Source: Thermodesulfobacteriota bacterium (GTDB lineage: Bacteria > Desulfobacterota > Desulfobulbia > Desulfobulbales > SURF-16). Taken from it: 41,572 bases of DNA. The translations under genes were made by a program, and so were the position numbers. The stretch's first letter is position 1; each line of letters starts with the position of its first letter. The DNA lies in NCBI GenBank assembly GCA_039715015.1, contig JBDLIE010000021.1:1-41572 (forward strand). The letters run 5' to 3'. Of this stretch, positions 37,893 through 41,572 are shown one piece after another. The notes beneath the pieces were generated by a model. It was not told where the DNA came from. It worked only from the letters and a program-made list of their open reading frames with translations, and did not search any database.

Positions 37893-38537
37893 GTGAGTAT
37901 GATAAAAAACTGGATATATATTTTACTGCTTATAGGATGCCTTTTTGCCAGCGGCTGCGCCATCAAGGAGGCAGATCACGTTGCTGTCCGTACCGGGGCG
38001 CCGGTGGTCCATATCTATCCCATGGGCGCGCAGTATGAGCAGGCCACAGCCCTTGTTTTACCTTTCCATGTGCCGGCAGGAACAGATCCTGCCTATGGTC
38101 AGCGGGTGGGCGCCCTGTTTCATGAGGTCTTTTTGTCGAAGCAGGTTTTTCAGACAGTACGTTTCACAGAGAATTTTTATGGCAATTTCGATGAGGCCCT
38201 GGAGATGGGGCAGCAGGCAGGGGTTGATCTCGTTGTTGCCGGCCGGATTAATTATGCCATGTCCGGCGGTCAGCTGGGCGGGGCCCGGGTGGATGTCTCC
38301 CTCAGGGTGCTCAACGTCAAGAGCGGCAATACGGTTTGGTTTATCAGTCAGGTGATGGATCAACTCATGGACCACCCCGATATCTCCCTGCCCAATCGCC
38401 TTCTTTCTGTTTTTAGTATCCAGGATGTCAGATCTTCCAGCGGCGCGGCCACCTTGCCCAATATGCTGGCCCATATCGCTGTTGATATGAGTGAGGTTAT
38501 GGGGGGGGCACGCTTAGTAAGTCGGAAGATGCGCTAG
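37893..38537 (+). CDS. Putative lipoprotein, possibly CsgG/TolB-N-like fold
   Basis: FASGC lipobox; ALVLPF, GVDLVVAGRI and VSLRVLNVKSGNTVW patterns. Confidence 0.7.
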   Translation: MSMIKNWIYILLLIGCLFASGCAIKEADHVAVRTGAPVVHIYPMGAQYEQATALVLPFHVPAGTDPAYGQRVGALFHEVFLSKQVFQTVRFTENFYGNFDEALEMGQQAGVDLVVAGRINYAMSGGQLGGARVDVSLRVLNVKSGNTVWFISQVMDQLMDHPDISLPNRLLSVFSIQDVRSSSGAATLPNMLAHIAVDMSEVMGGARLVSRKMR

Positions 38538-38706
38538 CCGGATGTTGAAAAACTACTGCACTCGGAAATACAGGGTTAAAAGAGGCGGAAAAATGTTCCC
38601 TTACGTAAAGTAAGCTCCGCTATCTCACTTCCTTTTGCAGCCCAAGGGCATTTGTTTCACGGCACCTTGTCTTTCCATCCCTCGCTGCGTTTTTCAATCA
38701 TCCAGC
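38537..38706. mobile_element. MITE-like non-autonomous element with terminal inverted repeats
   Basis: gccggatg-ttgaaaaac (38537-38553) vs reverse complement of the right end gctggatgattgaaaaac (38689-38706); internal nested inverted repeats; no ORF. Confidence 0.6.
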
Positions 38707-38745
38707 AGGATTTTTTAAGGGGGTTGGTTGATTTGTAATCCCAAC

Positions 38746-38785
38746 AAAAAGGGGGGTGATGCCGATTCGGCATCACCCCTTTTTT
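38746..38785. terminator. Bidirectional terminator (purA and the lipoprotein operon)
   Basis: ggggtgatgccg-att-cggcatcacccc 12-bp stem flanked by A5 and T6 tracts. Confidence 0.85.
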
Positions 38786-38808
38786 GTTTTTTATACTCTC
38801 AGATCAGG

Positions 38809-40197
<1,389 letters not shown>

Positions 40198-40200
40198 TCA

Positions 40201-40229
40201 AAGATAGCCAACCAAGGGCTAAATGTCAA
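40201..40229 (-). promoter_or_regulatory. Sigma70-type promoter of purA
   Basis: Minus strand TTGACA-N17-TATCTT. Confidence 0.6.
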
Positions 40230-40311
40230 TACGATGAGCGCCGGAACTATTTTGCCGGCTCGTTGTTGAAAAAGGGCGCTTTTTTAATGGAAAGAGGAGT
40301 GCCAAGCCTGC

Positions 40312-40340
40312 TTGACACCGTCTTGTAAATACCGTAGATT
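40312..40340 (+). promoter_or_regulatory. Sigma70-type promoter of tatBC
   Basis: TTGACA-N17-TAGATT. Confidence 0.6.
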
Positions 40341-40449
40341 TCCACTGTGCACCCCGCCGCTGGAGCAGGTGTTTCTCCTTTTAAAATTACTCGTGCTGGT
40401 TTTGCAGGTGGTTGATGCCGCCATGCTGAACCGGCCCCTGAGAAGATCT

Positions 40450-40836
40450 ATGTTTGGTATTGGACTGCCGGAATTTATTTTGATTATGGCCCTGGCCCTT
40501 ATTGTGGTTGGTCCAGACAAGTTGCCAGGCCTGGCCAAGACCGTGGCCAAGCAGATTCTGGAGTTGAAGCAGGCGGCAAATTCCCTGAAGGATTCCCTCC
40601 AGGATGAGCTTGCCGAAGAAAAGGAGAGTCTCAAGGAGCTGACAACGACCCTTGATGATGTCGATGTTTCTTTGGCTGATCTGGCCAGTGCCAATACTGC
40701 CAAGGAGGAAGAGATTTCTTCTGGAGAGGCGGATGATGAGGGTGCCATTAAAAAAGCTGAAGAGGCGGCCCCGGCTCAAGACGCGCAGCCTGCCGCAGAA
40801 CAGTCTGAAAGAGACGACCCGGCCCCCAAAGCATGA
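40450..40836 (+). CDS. tatB: Twin-arginine translocase subunit TatB (TatA/B family)
   Basis: MFGIGLPEFILIMALALIVVGPDKLP; ATGA overlap with tatC. Confidence 0.88.
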   Translation: MFGIGLPEFILIMALALIVVGPDKLPGLAKTVAKQILELKQAANSLKDSLQDELAEEKESLKELTTTLDDVDVSLADLASANTAKEEEISSGEADDEGAIKKAEEAAPAQDAQPAAEQSERDDPAPKA

Positions 40837-41567
40837 ACGAGGCATTGACAGGCCATTTTCAGGGCCATCTCCTGGAGCTGCGGCGCAGGATCACCATCTC
40901 TTTTTTGGCCGTTGCCCTGGCAAGCGGCATTGCCTACCTTTTTTCCGAAGCCATTTCCCGTTTTTTCATAGCACCCCTTTTTGCCTCTTGTCCAGAGCTT
41001 TCCCATCTGGTTTACACCAATCTCACCGAGGCCTTTGTCAGTTATCTGAAAATCTCCGTAATGGTGGGAGTGATCACCGCTTTCCCGGTGGTGCTGTATC
41101 AGGTCTGGATGTTTGCTGCCCCTGGCCTGCATAAGCATGAGAAGCGTTTTGCCCTGGTGGTGGTGTTCTGGGCCACCTTTCTCTTTGCCTTTGGTGTGGT
41201 GTTTTCCTATGTGGGCGTCTTACCGCGGGCTCTCACCTATCTGATGAGTTTTGCCGGTGATGAGCTGACGGCCATGCCCAAGCTTGACTCCTATCTTAGT
41301 TTTGTGGCCCGTTCGGCCCTGGCCTTTGGTCTGGCCTTTGAAATTCCTTTTTTGATGGTCATGGCCGGCAAGGCAGGGTTTGTTGATCGCGCCTATTTCT
41401 CCAAACAGCGTAAATATTTCTATCTGGCCATTATCGTCCTTTCCTTTTTGCTGGCAGCAGGGGACCTCATGTCCACCATGCTTCTTGTTTTGCCGCTCTT
41501 TGTGCTCTATGAGCTGGGTCTCACCGTGATGCGGATTTTCAGCCCTAAGAAAGAGCTGTCCGCGTAA
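40833..41567 (+). CDS. tatC: Twin-arginine translocase subunit TatC
   Basis: HLLELRRR, EAF..YLK, YQVWMFAAPGL..HEK, GLAFEIP and LYE motifs. Confidence 0.95.
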   Translation: MNEALTGHFQGHLLELRRRITISFLAVALASGIAYLFSEAISRFFIAPLFASCPELSHLVYTNLTEAFVSYLKISVMVGVITAFPVVLYQVWMFAAPGLHKHEKRFALVVVFWATFLFAFGVVFSYVGVLPRALTYLMSFAGDELTAMPKLDSYLSFVARSALAFGLAFEIPFLMVMAGKAGFVDRAYFSKQRKYFYLAIIVLSFLLAAGDLMSTMLLVLPLFVLYELGLTVMRIFSPKKELSA

Positions 41568-41572
41568 CCGCT

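Noticed and set aside
38537..38706. 6S RNA interpretation of the fold-back element
   Set aside because: Not in the usual zapA/rny context, and it has IS-like terminal inverted repeats; MITE-like is preferred

Overview
A mostly housekeeping and motility window from a Desulfobacterota (Desulfobulbales-like) chromosome; the taxon is inferred from gene content and order. Left to right: pgi, small accessory genes (hypothetical, outer-membrane beta-barrel, Zn-ribbon-AIM24, PilZ, Smr, RNase H-like exonuclease) and a nitrogen cluster amt-PII-glnD-glnA with a sigma54 promoter and paired palindromic sites. Next is a flagellar operon (fliL-M-N-O-P-Q-R, flhB-A-F-G, fliA, cheY and a second FliL-like gene), then DUF362, fabL-like, maf, EAL-HDOD and glyS without glyQ. 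These are followed by a degenerate folE2 paralog, a receiver protein, galT, dksA-moaC-dnaJ-rpoZ, a five-gene FlgO/lipoprotein operon, a ~170-bp MITE-like element, purA and tatBC. No rRNA, tRNA, CRISPR array or transposase was recognised. The best novelty candidate is a ~70-nt putative sigma54-dependent sRNA (about 24574-24646), divergent from the flagellar operon, with an anti-Shine-Dalgarno seed complementary to the fliN and fliQ ribosome-binding sites. Next are the double-FlgO lipoprotein operon and the FolE2 pseudo-enzyme. All calls come from reading the sequence by eye; no database searches were run.
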